Positions 52,401 to 64,000 of a stretch of 64,000 nt of DNA are shown one piece after another; position 1 is the first letter of the stretch, and each line of letters starts with the position of its first letter. The stretch is from Dipteris shenzhenensis. Lineage: Eukaryota. The notes beneath the pieces are model-generated. The model worked only from the letters and a program-made list of their open reading frames with translations. It searched no databases and was not told the origin of the DNA. The translations under genes and the position numbers were made by a program. Location of the stretch: the NCBI GenBank assembly GCA_047967505.1, contig CM106538.1; one strand, written 5' to 3'.

Positions 52401-55400
52401 TCATCCTATTCTTATACGGACGACCTTCTGTATTATCAAGATCGCGTCTGTGTACCACATGACAAGGATGCTCGACGTCTTTTGTTAAAAGAGCATCATG
52501 TAGTTCCTTATGCTGCCCATCCAGGCATTAACAAGACTTATAGGTTACTCAGTGCAACATACTACTGGCCTCATATGAAAAGCGACGTCATCAAAATGGT
52601 TACATCTTGCTTATCTTGTCAACAAATGAAAGCAAGCAGACGACTTCTAGCAGGACTTCTTCAACCTCTTCCAGCTCCAACTGAAAGGTGGGAAAGTATT
52701 TCCATGGATTTCATTACCACACTACCACGATCCTCCGGAGGTAGCACTCAAATTATGGTAATTGTTGATCGATTGTCCAAAATGGCACACTTTGTTGCTT
52801 GCAAAAGAAGTGCACAGGCTCCGGACATCGCCAAACTCTTCATACAACACATCTTCCGACACCATGGATTGCCCAAGAATATCATATCCGACAGAGATCC
52901 TAAGTTTACCAGTCACTTTTGGATTTCATTGTTCGAATCTTTGGGTACAACTCTACTGTTTAGTTCAGCCTACCACCCAGAATCAGATGGCCAGACTGAA
53001 AGAGTCAACCAAGTTCTGGAAGAAATGCTTCGACATTACATTCAGTCATGCCTAGCAGCTTGGAAAGAGTATCTACCCCTTCAGTTTGCTTATAATAACT
53101 CTTTCCATAGTGCCATCAGCATGACTCCATTCCAAGCAGCTTATGGACACACTCTGATTGTACCAACGAATTTTGTGCTTCAACATCGAGTGGCCTTAGC
53201 TGATCAACTGGTTCAAGACATGCAAGACATTCTACTCCAAGTCAGGGATCATATGCGAAAAGCGCAAGAGCGGTATCAACGGTCTGCCAACAAACATAGA
53301 CGTCACCTAGAATTTGACACTGGTGACATGGTGCTATTATTTGTAGCCCCACATCGCTATAAGACGGTTAAGTCTGTGTTTCCTAAGTTGCGACCAAAAT
53401 ACTATGGACCTTTCCGGATCGTCAAGAAAAATTCACCTTTAAGTTACAAATTGGAATTACCACCATCATGGGGTAAAATCCATCCAACATTTCATATTTC
53501 TTGGCTAAAGATGTACATTCCAAGCGATGAAGCAGTTCCTCCTGCAGGTGATTATGTCCCAGAAATCGAAGACGATTATGTTCTCCTTATTCCTGAGCGT
53601 ATTCTGGACCATCGACAGCGAGAGACTTGACATCGACTTATCACGGAATTCCTTGTTCTTTGGCGAGTCTGGACGACTCCAACGCTACTTGGCAATCTGA
53701 TGAAGACTTACAACAGTACCCTGACATTTTAAAGCAGTATTTTCAGAACTTACCGTGATATTTTCTACATCAATTCATTATCTCCACCAGGGTCTTATTT
53801 TGAGTGGGAGGGGATGTCACGATCTGTGACGTATTCCTTTCTCTATACCTTAGACTTATGGATGGTTTGATGAATGGACACTTGTGGAAGGGTATGCCCT
53901 TTCGACGGGACACTTCCTATGAGGCACAACCCTTCACAAGAGACATTCTATGGAAGAGACACTCCTATTGTAATGTACCCTCTCATCAAGGGTCACACCC
54001 TTCACAAGGGATACACACCTCTTCATGCACATACACTTTGGAGTACACACCTTTTCGTGTGTGACTTTTCATTCTCTATATAAGAGAGGCCCAACTGTAT
54101 GGATGACACACTACAGACACTCAAGCAATACAAATATTCCTTGTCCTCTGCTATTTCAGTCTCCTTTCTGTTCCTTAGCACATTTCTAAATATAGTAAAT
54201 CTAGGATTTCTTACACAGCATTGATAAGGGTACCTCATACGACCAATGCTCAATGTCGCAACAAATTTTTGTACAATGATGATGTTGGAGGATAGAGGTC
54301 CCCCACCTGTGAGCCCCCCACATGAGGACATGGGGGAGTATTAAAACCAGCATAGGTTGGACTCAGAGGGAAGCCACATGGGCAGATGAGAAATGTGCCA
54401 CAGGGGCAGAGCTGAGAGAGAGGAGAAAGGCCACACGGGTACATCTGAAGGCTCATGGAATGCTGTTGACAGGCCCAAAGTGGTGGGCACGTACAAGAGC
54501 CCATCTGTAGGTCTATAGATAGAGCTTGGAGTGAGCAGTTCATGAGAACTGGACGGCAGACTTAAGGGACCAGCCAGGGCAGATGCACAGAGCAGTAAGG
54601 AGGCCTGCTTGTGCGGCATCTAAGCACCGAGGTAGAAAACAGCTCTGAGAGGTGCCAGTGGTCCACATCTTGGCAGTTGCTACATGGTGGCACACTCAGT
54701 ATCAGGTTTTGTTCATCTTTGGAGCAATCTACAATACATAATTTGCTGTTCCACTCTACTGTGCATTGTTCAAGATCTGTGTCTGCATCTATTTGTATCT
54801 ACATTTGTGTGCACAATGGAAAGGAGTGAAATTTGATTTTAGAATTGTGTGTTTCCTGGGCTATGTTTCCATAATTATACCGCCTGCAGGAGTATTGGCT
54901 ACAGCAAGCAGTGTCCATCTCTGTTTTCTAACAGATGAAGCCCAGTTAGAACTGAGATGATGATGAGAAGCCATATAAAGAAGGGTCATAGCTCAAGAAA
55001 GAATGACAGGAGAGAGACTCTGGAGAGACTAGGAGAAAGATGAGAAAGAGACAGAGAGAGAGAACACACACAGAGAGATAGGTAGAGAGCAAAAAGCTCA
55101 AGCAGATTACGGAGCGAGTGTCGCATCAAAACGTGGGCACCATGGACTACCAGATCCCCCCCTCCTAGATTACCTATTTTAGCAATCTCTATGCCCACTA
55201 AAATAACTTATTTTCCCCCCTTTATCGCATGTATTTGTGATGGCAGCCCTAGGTGCAAACTTCTTCAAGCCTTTGTTACATACCCAAAACACATGCATCC
55301 ATGTGTTCTTCAAAGGAATTTACTATACTAGCACACAGCCGATCGTAGAATTTAAACAGCACTACGGACCACTTTTCACATCAGCACGTCAAAGTAAACT

Positions 55401-58243
55401 TGAGAGCATTGTATCTCATGGATTGAGTACTTGTATATATAAAGATCTATTATTAATCCTTAGTTGCATTGTTGATTATAAATGGATGTGCATGCACACG
55501 CAGATGCACAAATGTTGATCATGTGCACATTATTCGCACAGTGTACATGTGAGTGCATACGTGTGTGCCTGTGTGCATGTATAAAATTAGAACTGCCCTT
55601 TTAAGTCCACCTTGTCTCCGGTCTACCTAACGCACTCAAACATGCACATAGCGTGTGATGATGGTGAGGTAGATCTTTACAAAAAAATTGCTACCTATCG
55701 AAGCTTGATTTACATTAACAAAACATGAATGCAAAAACAGATCAAATACACATACATATGCATCTGTGCAAACGTGCCAGCATGTGCGCTGTTTTTCTAT
55801 AAGCATGTGTGAGCTTACGTGAACACATAACAACCATGTCTGCAGATAAATAAATGCATATAAGTTGCCCATTAACATGTGAGAGTGCATACACGCTAAA
55901 TGATTATCCACAGCTATGCACATTACAATGCTATAATACTTACTTGGAGTCAAGCCAAGATACAAATAGTATGTTGAAGTAATCCTATCCCGTTTGATGA
56001 AGCATTGAACAGTGGAATCTCGAGGCCCCGGCTGTAGCCAATACCAAAACATGAACTGTTATTATAGATCAGAATGGAAAGGAAAAAGGCAGCAAGATTA
56101 CAACAAAGCAATGAACGTGAGACTATCCTCTATAGGCACTCTTATTAGTATGTAAAGTTTATCAATCAATCGTTTCCATAGTCGAAGGAGTCTGTTAAAA
56201 AGTAAAAGGCCATCATCACAGAATGTCATAGCAATCAAACTGATCTTCAAGGCAATAGGCAGTGGCCTCGATTGAAAAGCTATTTAATCATGACAGAAAG
56301 GTACAAGGGCAGCTGGCTTGACAACAAAACCAACTGTCTATCACCAATAAGAGATATTCATTCACAACAATTAATAGCACCACCACAACATACAACAAAA
56401 TAATTCAGCATTACACAAATATATCTTCTCTTGCTCTCTTTGTCAAAACATGACTGACTACCGATTACTATGAACTTGATTGGACGACATACATTTCAAG
56501 CCTTGGCAAACCTAAGAAAGAGCCAGCTAGGTGTAAATATAATTATTCAAGACTTGGACATCTTTCTCAAATTGACTAGTAGACCACCTATAATTTGCAT
56601 TAAACCCTAAGGAAGCCGCCTCCTTTAAGATGAAACCATAGTCATGCACAAAATAAATAGAATGTGCATATGCAGGTAGGCATTTTCCCTCCACGAGAGC
56701 GAGTACCTGTGTACATGCACGCATGCACACAGGAGAGTGTCAACGCATGTATGCATGTGCATGCAAGTCCACATGAGCATGGTACATGTGTATCACACAT
56801 TCACATCTGCAAGAACCTGTGTGTCTCTCTGAAAGTTCCACTGCTACATGGAAATATTCGGCTACATTAAGCGAAATGTACCATATACATATAACTCATC
56901 TCAATATCATAAATGAGAAGCACCAAACAAAATTAGGCCACAAGCAAAAGCAAATCAAATGAATTTACACCACACCACTCTGTTGGCAGCAGCCATTGAG
57001 ATGCAAAAACCATGGCTTCAACAATCAGTCCATGACTGCTTGGGTAGTTTCCTAATAAAAAGCACTGGTCGCTTGTAGATCCCAGACAATTGTCTGTCAT
57101 GGCAAACACTTCTGTTTGTACTATCACGCAAAACCAAACCTACTTCCAATGGCATAATCCGGGGGCTAGTAAGATTCAGGTGCGCATCAATTGTCATCCT
57201 ATTCTTTGGTATAGATTTGCATGAGTCAAAACTGAATGGTCTTATCCAAAGTTGGACAACTAAAACAGAACTGGTGATGATCTATGTTATTGGCATAGCT
57301 GCCTTTTCCTCCAAGGCGGATGAGAATATAAGAAGGGAACCATCTAAATCATGGCCATCCGTCAACTTTCAAGAATCGTATATAAGTCGTCTCCTGCTTA
57401 TCAGCAACGGCATGACAGTATAACAGTTTAAGAAGTTTCCAAGCATTGTAATCTAACAGCCAAACTTGCTTTCTGCCCAATTCAGTCTGTTGTCGATACT
57501 CCAATATTTATGATTTTCAGCCTTCCAAGTTTTCAGCCCCTAAGGGTACCGAGACATCCAGAAAGTGCATTGAATCATGGTGGCCAGTTTATAACACTCG
57601 TGTTCAACGGATCATATGTTTGAACAACGTCAAAGAGCAAGCTATTTGACCAATGGTCTTAATATGCTGTCAAAGCAACCAAAGGGAACCAATAACCATC
57701 TGGCCTTAATGTTGTGTGACCTACGTTTTAGGCATAGTCGTTTCTGACCCCAAATAATTTGTTAACGTGCTCCAGTTTTAAAAATTGCATGTATCCTGAA
57801 CTATCCAGGAGACACATACTATGCGAGAGAAAACTTTGAGGCTCTAATAACAACATAGCAATAAAAATATTCACCTGCTTGAGTGATATAGGAAAGGTCA
57901 ATTTTCCTGATTGTTCAGGTGTTTTCACCAACTCCTTGGTCACTTCCCTCCAAGCTCTACAGACTGAAGCACAAGCAACGACGTCCTTTCTTGAAGGCCA
58001 AGTACTTTCGCTTTCCTCAATTCTTTGAATCACGTCCCTTAATAGCTCAGGTGGTATATTAACCCAGCAACTCTGTTGCTGAATCTGCATGGTATCCGCT
58101 TTGTAGACTTTATCATCATATACTGCATTGTGCGACCAAGCTCGCTGAAATTGGGACATTTTTACATCAAAACTTCGTCTTGAAATGCTTCCCAAGCCAC
58201 CCTTCATGTCCTGGAACTCCCGAATCAAGCCTTTGATGGGCAT
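40420..58243 (-). CDS. Tubby-like F-box protein, 418 aa; exons 58243-57875, 56031-55944, 41388-41259, 41089-40420
   Basis: F-box [17 protein letters not shown]...[12 protein letters not shown], then [23 protein letters not shown]...|[17 protein letters not shown]...[18 protein letters not shown]...[33 protein letters not shown]...[33 protein letters not shown] introns with consistent phases (1257 nt). Probable 5' UTR intron at 58437-58287. Confidence 0.96.
41691..41975. repeat. Direct duplication (~115 bp) with an embedded 47-bp inverted copy
   Basis: Segment A at 41738-41784, reverse complement of A at 41817-41863, A again at 41896-41942. Direct repeats at 41703-41817 and 41861-41975. Confidence 0.92.
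42830..44380 (-). mobile_element. Truncated LTR retroelement with tandemly duplicated LTR+PBS
   Basis: Two ~200-bp LTR copies (43871-44077 and 44180-44380; TGTTAG...CCAATA on minus), each with a PBS (43858-43869, 44167-44178). A ~72-bp tandem duplication lies in the leader (43426-43570). The left boundary is uncertain. Confidence 0.75.
44381..46040 (-). mobile_element. Further truncated LTR element remnant (PBS plus putative LTR)
   Basis: GCTCTGATACCA at ~45399-45410 and a minus-strand TATA-like motif near 45710. No recognisable protein domain. Confidence 0.45.
46600..47650 (-). mobile_element. Degenerate Ty1/Copia gag-pol remnant
   Basis: Minus strand reads [20 protein letters not shown] (UBN2-type gag, ~47330-47390) and KKCFYC..HFAKD (knuckle, ~47090-47130). 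Confidence 0.6.
50533..51320 (+). pseudogene. Gag of the chromovirus, C-terminally truncated
   Basis: [12 protein letters not shown]...DQWL...[13 protein letters not shown]...TWERF...[17 protein letters not shown] is a Retrotrans_gag domain. Confidence 0.9.
51321..53757 (+). pseudogene. Pol remnant: partial RT, RNase H, integrase, chromodomain
   Basis: [63 protein letters not shown]...EFLVLW...ATW. In-frame stops end the ORFs at 51683, 52169 and 53630. Confidence 0.93.
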
Positions 58244-60479
58244 CTATCCAGAAATTGGGGCCAGATGCAAGCTATGTGAACTGGATCTGAAGCCAACGAA
58301 AATAATGCAGTACTTCAACAACCACCCGTACGACCCCGTTTAAACATACACGGATCAATGTCAATTAATACAACGGTGTGTTGGTAGCTGCTAAGATATA
58401 TAAAGGACCACTCAGAAACGTAAATTCCGTATCTCACCTCTCAATCGTACACTTTCAAGATTACTCCATCCCTAAAAAAGATCGAGCTAAAGAACCATTG
58501 TCTTTCAAAAAGCCGGAACATTTAAAAGCCGCTTTCTAGATCTTCGGCTAAAAAAAGCTGCTACAAAATTGGAACTTTGAGATGTTTGCTCCATCGATGG
58601 ATAGACCGTAGGACTGCTGTTCGCAAATCAAGAACGCAGACTTTACTTTCTTGAAAGTAATCAAGGAGAGGCACATCCACTAAATTTCACGAGTCAATCT
58701 GTGTACTTTGCTCCGCGTAACGGGAAATGGCTGGCTCAAAATTAGGGTAAAAAAGATGGTCACGGCAGTGGCAAAAGCAACAAGGGGAGGGATGGAGCTG
58801 GGAAATGAGGGGGGGAAAGGACCAGGGACTGGAACTGGCAGGAAGGAGAAGGACCCAAGAGCGAAGATGGGAAGAGGGGTTGTGCAGATCAGCCCATGGC
58901 GGAGGCAGGGATGGGCTTCCTGGAAAGAGAGAGAAACTGAGAGAGAGAGAGAGAGTGTGTGTGTGTGTGAGGGCGAAGAGTAGAGAGAAGACAGAATTGT
59001 CCCTGTTCCGGATTCCAAAGCTTTCTTTATTTTTACCCACAAGCAACCCAAAATCGACAAAAATGAGACCAAGATTTACAAAGACTTAAATCTTTTTATT
59101 TTCCTTACCATGTTTCATTAACCCAAAATATATATGTGACACTACACAATTTCCTTCCTAAAATGCCGCTAAATGTGGCGTCTTTGTTTGGTATTAAGCG
59201 TGCTTGCTTGTCTTACCACCAATGAAGGAAAACGCCATAATTAAAACTCTAAGGTTAATGGTAAATGTAGACCTTTTTACGTTCATGTGCTCTACTTTCA
59301 TACAAAGATAGATGATAGAGATGCTAGAGTATTACATGTCCAAGACACGTTTTATTCTTTACACTTGTTGCCTCGTCTTATGCCTTATCTCCTTCTTACA
59401 CTTGTTGCCTCGTCTTATGCCTTATCTCCTCCTTACCTTCCTCGTGTTCTCTTGTGTCAACTTCTTCACTTGATTTTCATTGTTCTTCATTTTCTTTGTA
59501 GTTTTGTCACTTCTAGGACCCATCCTTATTCTCCAAACATGACCATTGATGATCAAAACAAAGCTCATCACCTACACATGGCCCATGGCAAATATCCATA
59601 ATTTTAGAGTGTACTTTGGTCTCATGGTGTAATGATGAAGTCTCTTACAAAAGTCATTATTACATGTCCACACACTTTTGCTTTTATATGTTAGTGAGGA
59701 CTATTTCCTTAAACAACATAAAGATCCACATTGAGTTACCTCAAGGGAAAGTTAGTTGGAATTCACATCTTTGTGGTTTATATTCTATGCTATGTTCTAT
59801 TCTCTTTTAAATCATGAAAGTGAGTAATTATTAAATTGAATGTGTGTCACATTGAATGGTTAGGTGGTTAGGAAAAAATGTGATATTAAAATGCTCTCAT
59901 GTAAATGATGCCTCTTTGGCAATGAGATCTATTCATGAATGTGGCAAACATCATCATGATTTGATTTTTCGCTTTTCTTTCTTTTTCTTTTTTAAGCATG
60001 TGCATTGTGTTTCTGCTTGTGATTTCATTTAGTACTGACCTCAATGAGACTTCCATTTTTGATGCACCTTGGGTTATGATCTAGAATTTCATTAGAGTTG
60101 AAGACAAAAGTACTACATTTGATACAAAGCCTTAAAAGCCCTATGACCACATTCGCTTGAGCAAACAATACTATGGTCATGCTTCATTGAGTATTTTTTC
60201 ACACATTAGCGAGACTGACGGCCATGTATGCAACACCCTTTTGTGAAGGTGATCTATCAACGATTGAGTGGCGGTGCTTTGAGAGGTTGCAAGTGACTAT
60301 GGGATTCAAGATGATTCGAAGCAAGCCCTTAGTCCCCCACCAAGATCATACAAGCAAAGTTTTGCATGACACTTCTCCAAGTTGATGCCATCTTCCAGAC
60401 GGTCAGTTACCTCCACAAGGTGTGGGCTTACCTAGAGGGAGATTACAGCACTAGAGTCGTCCATATAACTAGCTGAGAG

Positions 60480-61840
60480 TGGGGTTAGCATGGCCTAGTA
60501 TTTTTGTTGATCTTGAACAATTACAAAAACGAATGGTTGAATTCTATTGAATCACATTCAGGGATGACTTATATATGAATGCGAAATTGTTAAGGAGAAA
60601 AATATTAAGAGAGTGACCATCACACTTATGAATAGGGCACTTGATACATCAATAAAAAAAGCAAACTCAAAGCATTTCAGTGTACAATCTGAAAAGCACA
60701 TTTGGTGGTTGGGTGCATTTGAGGTAAGCACAACTTTCACTTAAAATTATTTTTCATTTTTAACATATGTTGCTCTTAGATTTCATTTATTATATCTTGA
60801 CGCTTGAATAGAGTTTCATTTCCCAAAGGCAAGTAAAGAAAAAGGACCACCAAACCCTATTTTGGGTGTTTCACCATACAAAAATACCAGCAACCATCAA
60901 AAACCAAGTTTAAGGAGGGCAACTTCATGTTGAAGGCAAGGGCGATTTCCAAATTGATTGGCATATGCAGGGCCTCAAGACCCTCAAGTGCATTTTCAAC
61001 ATAAGCAAAGGAGGTAATTCAAAATCTCCATGCCTTTACTACAAGGAGCCAGCCCATGTCATGGATCCTAAATGGTGGAGAAGAGCTCCTAATAGGGATA
61101 AGATTGATCCTACATTCAAAGCAGTTCTTGATATTTCTTTGTGCAATGTACATATATGCACATTGCATGCTTTATGTAGAATCATTGAAAAGTTGGTTTT
61201 TTTATATATTGGATTTTCTTGGAAGCTTCACAAAAAAAACATAGGAAAAAAGCAATTGCTGCATTAGAAATAGTATCATCAGACATGGGTCTCCATGGAG
61301 GAGATGTTCATATCATAACAGGCATCAAGAAGTCCACAAATGGAAAGCATTTTCCTATCAAGCCGTCAATGGGTGGAGTCAAAGCAAGAAGGCTTTTAAT
61401 AAAACCACAAAGAGAAGGGAAGCTTGGTAGACGATCAAATATGTTTTGAGGGTGAGATACGGCCTTTGGAAGCATGTGGATATGGTGTTGCTAGAAATCT
61501 TAAAGCAAACGTATGGAAATACTTAGACAAGCTTTTCACGCTTTGTGACGAAAAGACATGGACCAAGAGTGATCACCGTACGTTAGAAGAGGAGCTTAAA
61601 ATTTTTGGAAAATCAATGAAACAAGCTTGGACAAGCTGCAACATAACACACTACATGGTAAGTTGAACTAATTTGTTTTGTATGCATAGTTTGTACTTTC
61701 AAGCATAGTCTACAAAATAGTGACTTAAATCTTTTTTGTGATTGCAACATATTCTATATAACCACCTTCCATATTTTGTTAAAAAGTATGAATGCCTTGC
61801 AATATGGTCCACACAAGGAATGGAAAAGCCTCATTATTCT
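60480..61840 (+). pseudogene. Degenerate intron-containing DDE transposase of the Transib/RAG1/Chapaev group
   Basis: Motifs in order: GLKTLKCIFNISKGGNSKSPCLYY, ICTLHALCRIIEKLVFLYIG, SMGGVKARRLL, ITHYM|HILYNHLPYFVKKYECLAIWSTQGMEKPH. Splice donors GTAAG at 60724 and 61658. Frameshifts present. Confidence 0.78.
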
Positions 61841-62150
61841 TCTTTTCTTTTTTGCCACATTGTAGGCAAGCTTAACTTGTGATAATGCAACTATTTTCTT
61901 GATTTGCAACCTTTGAAGTATACCTCCAAAGAACCACTAAAATACTTCTTTGAGACTATTTGCCTTTTGTGCTCCTTCGAAATGCTGTGTATGTCGAAAA
62001 AAAGCATTTCTTGCAGTGTGCAAATTCTAGACAATTCAACACCTACATAGAAACACGCAGAGTGAAGGCAGTCAAAGGTCTTTGTGAATCACAAGTGGAT
62101 TGATAGTGTTTGAGACCTTATGGAGATTTATAACAATGAACCAGAGACAC

Positions 62151-64000
62151 TGTAATATTTTCCAATAAATTTAGTACAAAGTCTGAGTTGACTATCTTTT
62201 GTTGTAGGACTTTGTGTCCTTTGTAACATTTGACAATACAATATAATTGAGTTTACTCTTTTACTTCTTTTACATTGAGCTGCTCTCCTTCGATCTATTT
62301 ACCCTCAGAATCTAGTAGAAGTGGCTCTCTAAACCTTATCAAATGATGCTTTCCATAACCATCTAAATGTCTAGGATTTTTAATTCCAAGTGCTAAAGCA
62401 TAACCAATGTATGTCAAAAAGTACCCTGCCCTTAAGCACTGTTGTAACGAGTCCTCAGACATAGAGGGCTTCTCTTTGATTACCTCCCAACCATAGATTC
62501 CGTGAGCTCCAGCCATGCCTCTCGTGAACCCCTTCAGTTCCTTTTCTCATCCACTTTCCATGTGGAGCTCTCCTTCCAGAATCCTCCCCCTTGCTCAACA
62601 CTTGCCAGTTGGCCTCTAGCTTTGGTGCCACATGTCCCACAAGGGACTCCTCTCTTTATAGCCCTCTCTAGGACTCCTTATGCACCACCTCATAAATGCC
62701 TAGACTTAGGCGTGACCCTAGATCCAAGCCCTTTAGGCCCTATTAATGCAAGTGCTGCCAAGCCCTCTAGCTTTCTGCCTTATACCGTGGTCACACGGTA
62801 TTATAGTTGACGTAACATTCCCTTCCCCTTAAGAAATGTTTACGTCGTCAAAAATAAAATTGGGAAACCTCCTCTGAAGACTGCTTACCCTTTCCCATGT
62901 TGAACTCTCTTCAGATCTATCTTTCCACTTAACCAGACATTCTTTCCATATAGTATGTCGTGTTCTTTTTTCTTGTGTATCTAAAATTATTTCTGGTTCA
63001 TGTGGTAAAGATGCAGGTTCAATGAGTTCAACTAGGACTTCATTTCCAATGAGATTATCATCATCTCCTAATTTTCTTTTTAGTCTACTAACATGAAAAA
63101 CTGGATGTACTCTACATCCCTCAGGTAAGGCTAATTTGTAAGCAATTTCTCCGATCCTCTTAAGTATTGTGAATGGTCCACAATACCTAGGAGACAACTT
63201 TGGACATTTACCTGTCTTTAGAGATTCTGAAGATTTAGGTACCTTAAGGTAGACTTTCTCATTTACTTCAAACTCCAACTTTCTACAGTGGGGTTTTGCA
63301 TAACTTCATGCTCTATCTTGAGCTCTTCTTATGCTATCTTTAGCTAACTTAAGCATTTGATTCATATCTTCAAGAAAGTCTTTGGCCGCTTGAACCTTCT
63401 CTTTCTCGAGTCCCACTATCATTGGGGCTCTTAGTTGAAATCCATACATCATCATGTATGGAATAGAACTTGTAGCTAAATGTTTGGCACTATTATATGC
63501 AAATTCTACTATGGGCAGATACTGTTCCCAATTAGTTTGCCATTTACTTACATATGCTCGAAGCATATCCTCAATGATCTGATTGACCCTTTCAGTTTGA
63601 CTATCACTCTGTGGATGATCCGCGATTCTCATATTCAATGAAGTTTCCAACCTCTTAAACACAGCTCTCCAAAAATGGCTGTTAAATTTGCTATTCCGGT
63701 CACTAACAATACCGGCTGTTGGTAGCCCATACAGTCTATAGATATGCTCCACAAATAGCCTAGCTAATTATGGAGTTTTAACATCTTCACTAATAGTAGA
63801 AATAAAATGAGCCATCTTGGTCAACCGATCCACAATTACCCACACAGAGTTGTGCCCCCTCTGTGTCCTAGGTAGTCCCACAATGAAATCCATGGAGATG
63901 CTTTCCCATTTGCTAGATGGAATCTCCAATGGGTGTAGGAGACCTCCTACCTTAAGGCATTCAGCCTTGTTGACTTGGCATTTTTGGCACTTCAATACAT
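62151..64000 (-). mobile_element. Ty3/Gypsy chromovirus 3' end (integrase, chromodomain, PPT, 3' LTR), running off the window
   Basis: [28 protein letters not shown], chromodomain EPEIILD...CLVKWKD....STWE. PPT at 62818-62830. Putative LTR at 62151-62817 (TGTTAC...TTACA on minus). Confidence 0.9.

Larger units (their letters stand above)
47958..54215 (+). mobile_element. Ty3/Gypsy chromovirus with intact termini and internal deletions
   Basis: 401-bp LTRs at 47958-48358 and 53815-54215 (TG...CA), TSD CAGCA on both sides, PBS TGGTATCAGAGC at 48360-48371, and PPT GAGTGGGAGGGGA. Domain order is gag-RT-RH-IN-chromodomain. Confidence 0.97.

Noticed and set aside
58680-59089. Overlapping ORFs upstream of the Tubby-like gene
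   Set aside because: CT/GA-rich 5' UTR or promoter sequence with no recognisable protein features.

Overview
Repeat-rich plant nuclear DNA, probably from a fern. That is inferred from a mitochondrial nad5 fragment carrying a group II intron at the position of the fern/lycophyte intron nad5i1242, and from very long TE-filled introns. Two intact spliced host genes are present. RPS10 (13159-14119, +) has 5 coding exons and 181 aa. A Tubby-like F-box gene (58243-40420, -) has 4 coding exons and 418 aa, and its 14.5-kb second intron holds a young chromovirus with intact termini (47958-54215; 401-bp LTRs, CAGCA TSD) plus older LTR remnants. The rest is nested LINEs, Gypsy/Copia remnants, two small non-autonomous LTR elements, a Tourist-type MITE and microsatellites. 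The most striking item is a degenerate, intron-containing transposase at ~60480-61840 whose motifs follow the RAG1/Transib core in order and partly in exact spacing, which is unexpected in a land plant. Also notable are an unedited nad5 group II intron NUMT inside a LINE, an extra ORF upstream of the chromovirus gag, an RNase H ORF upstream of a gag, and an inverted triplication in the Tubby intron. All calls were made by eye; family motifs are quoted from memory and no database search was run.
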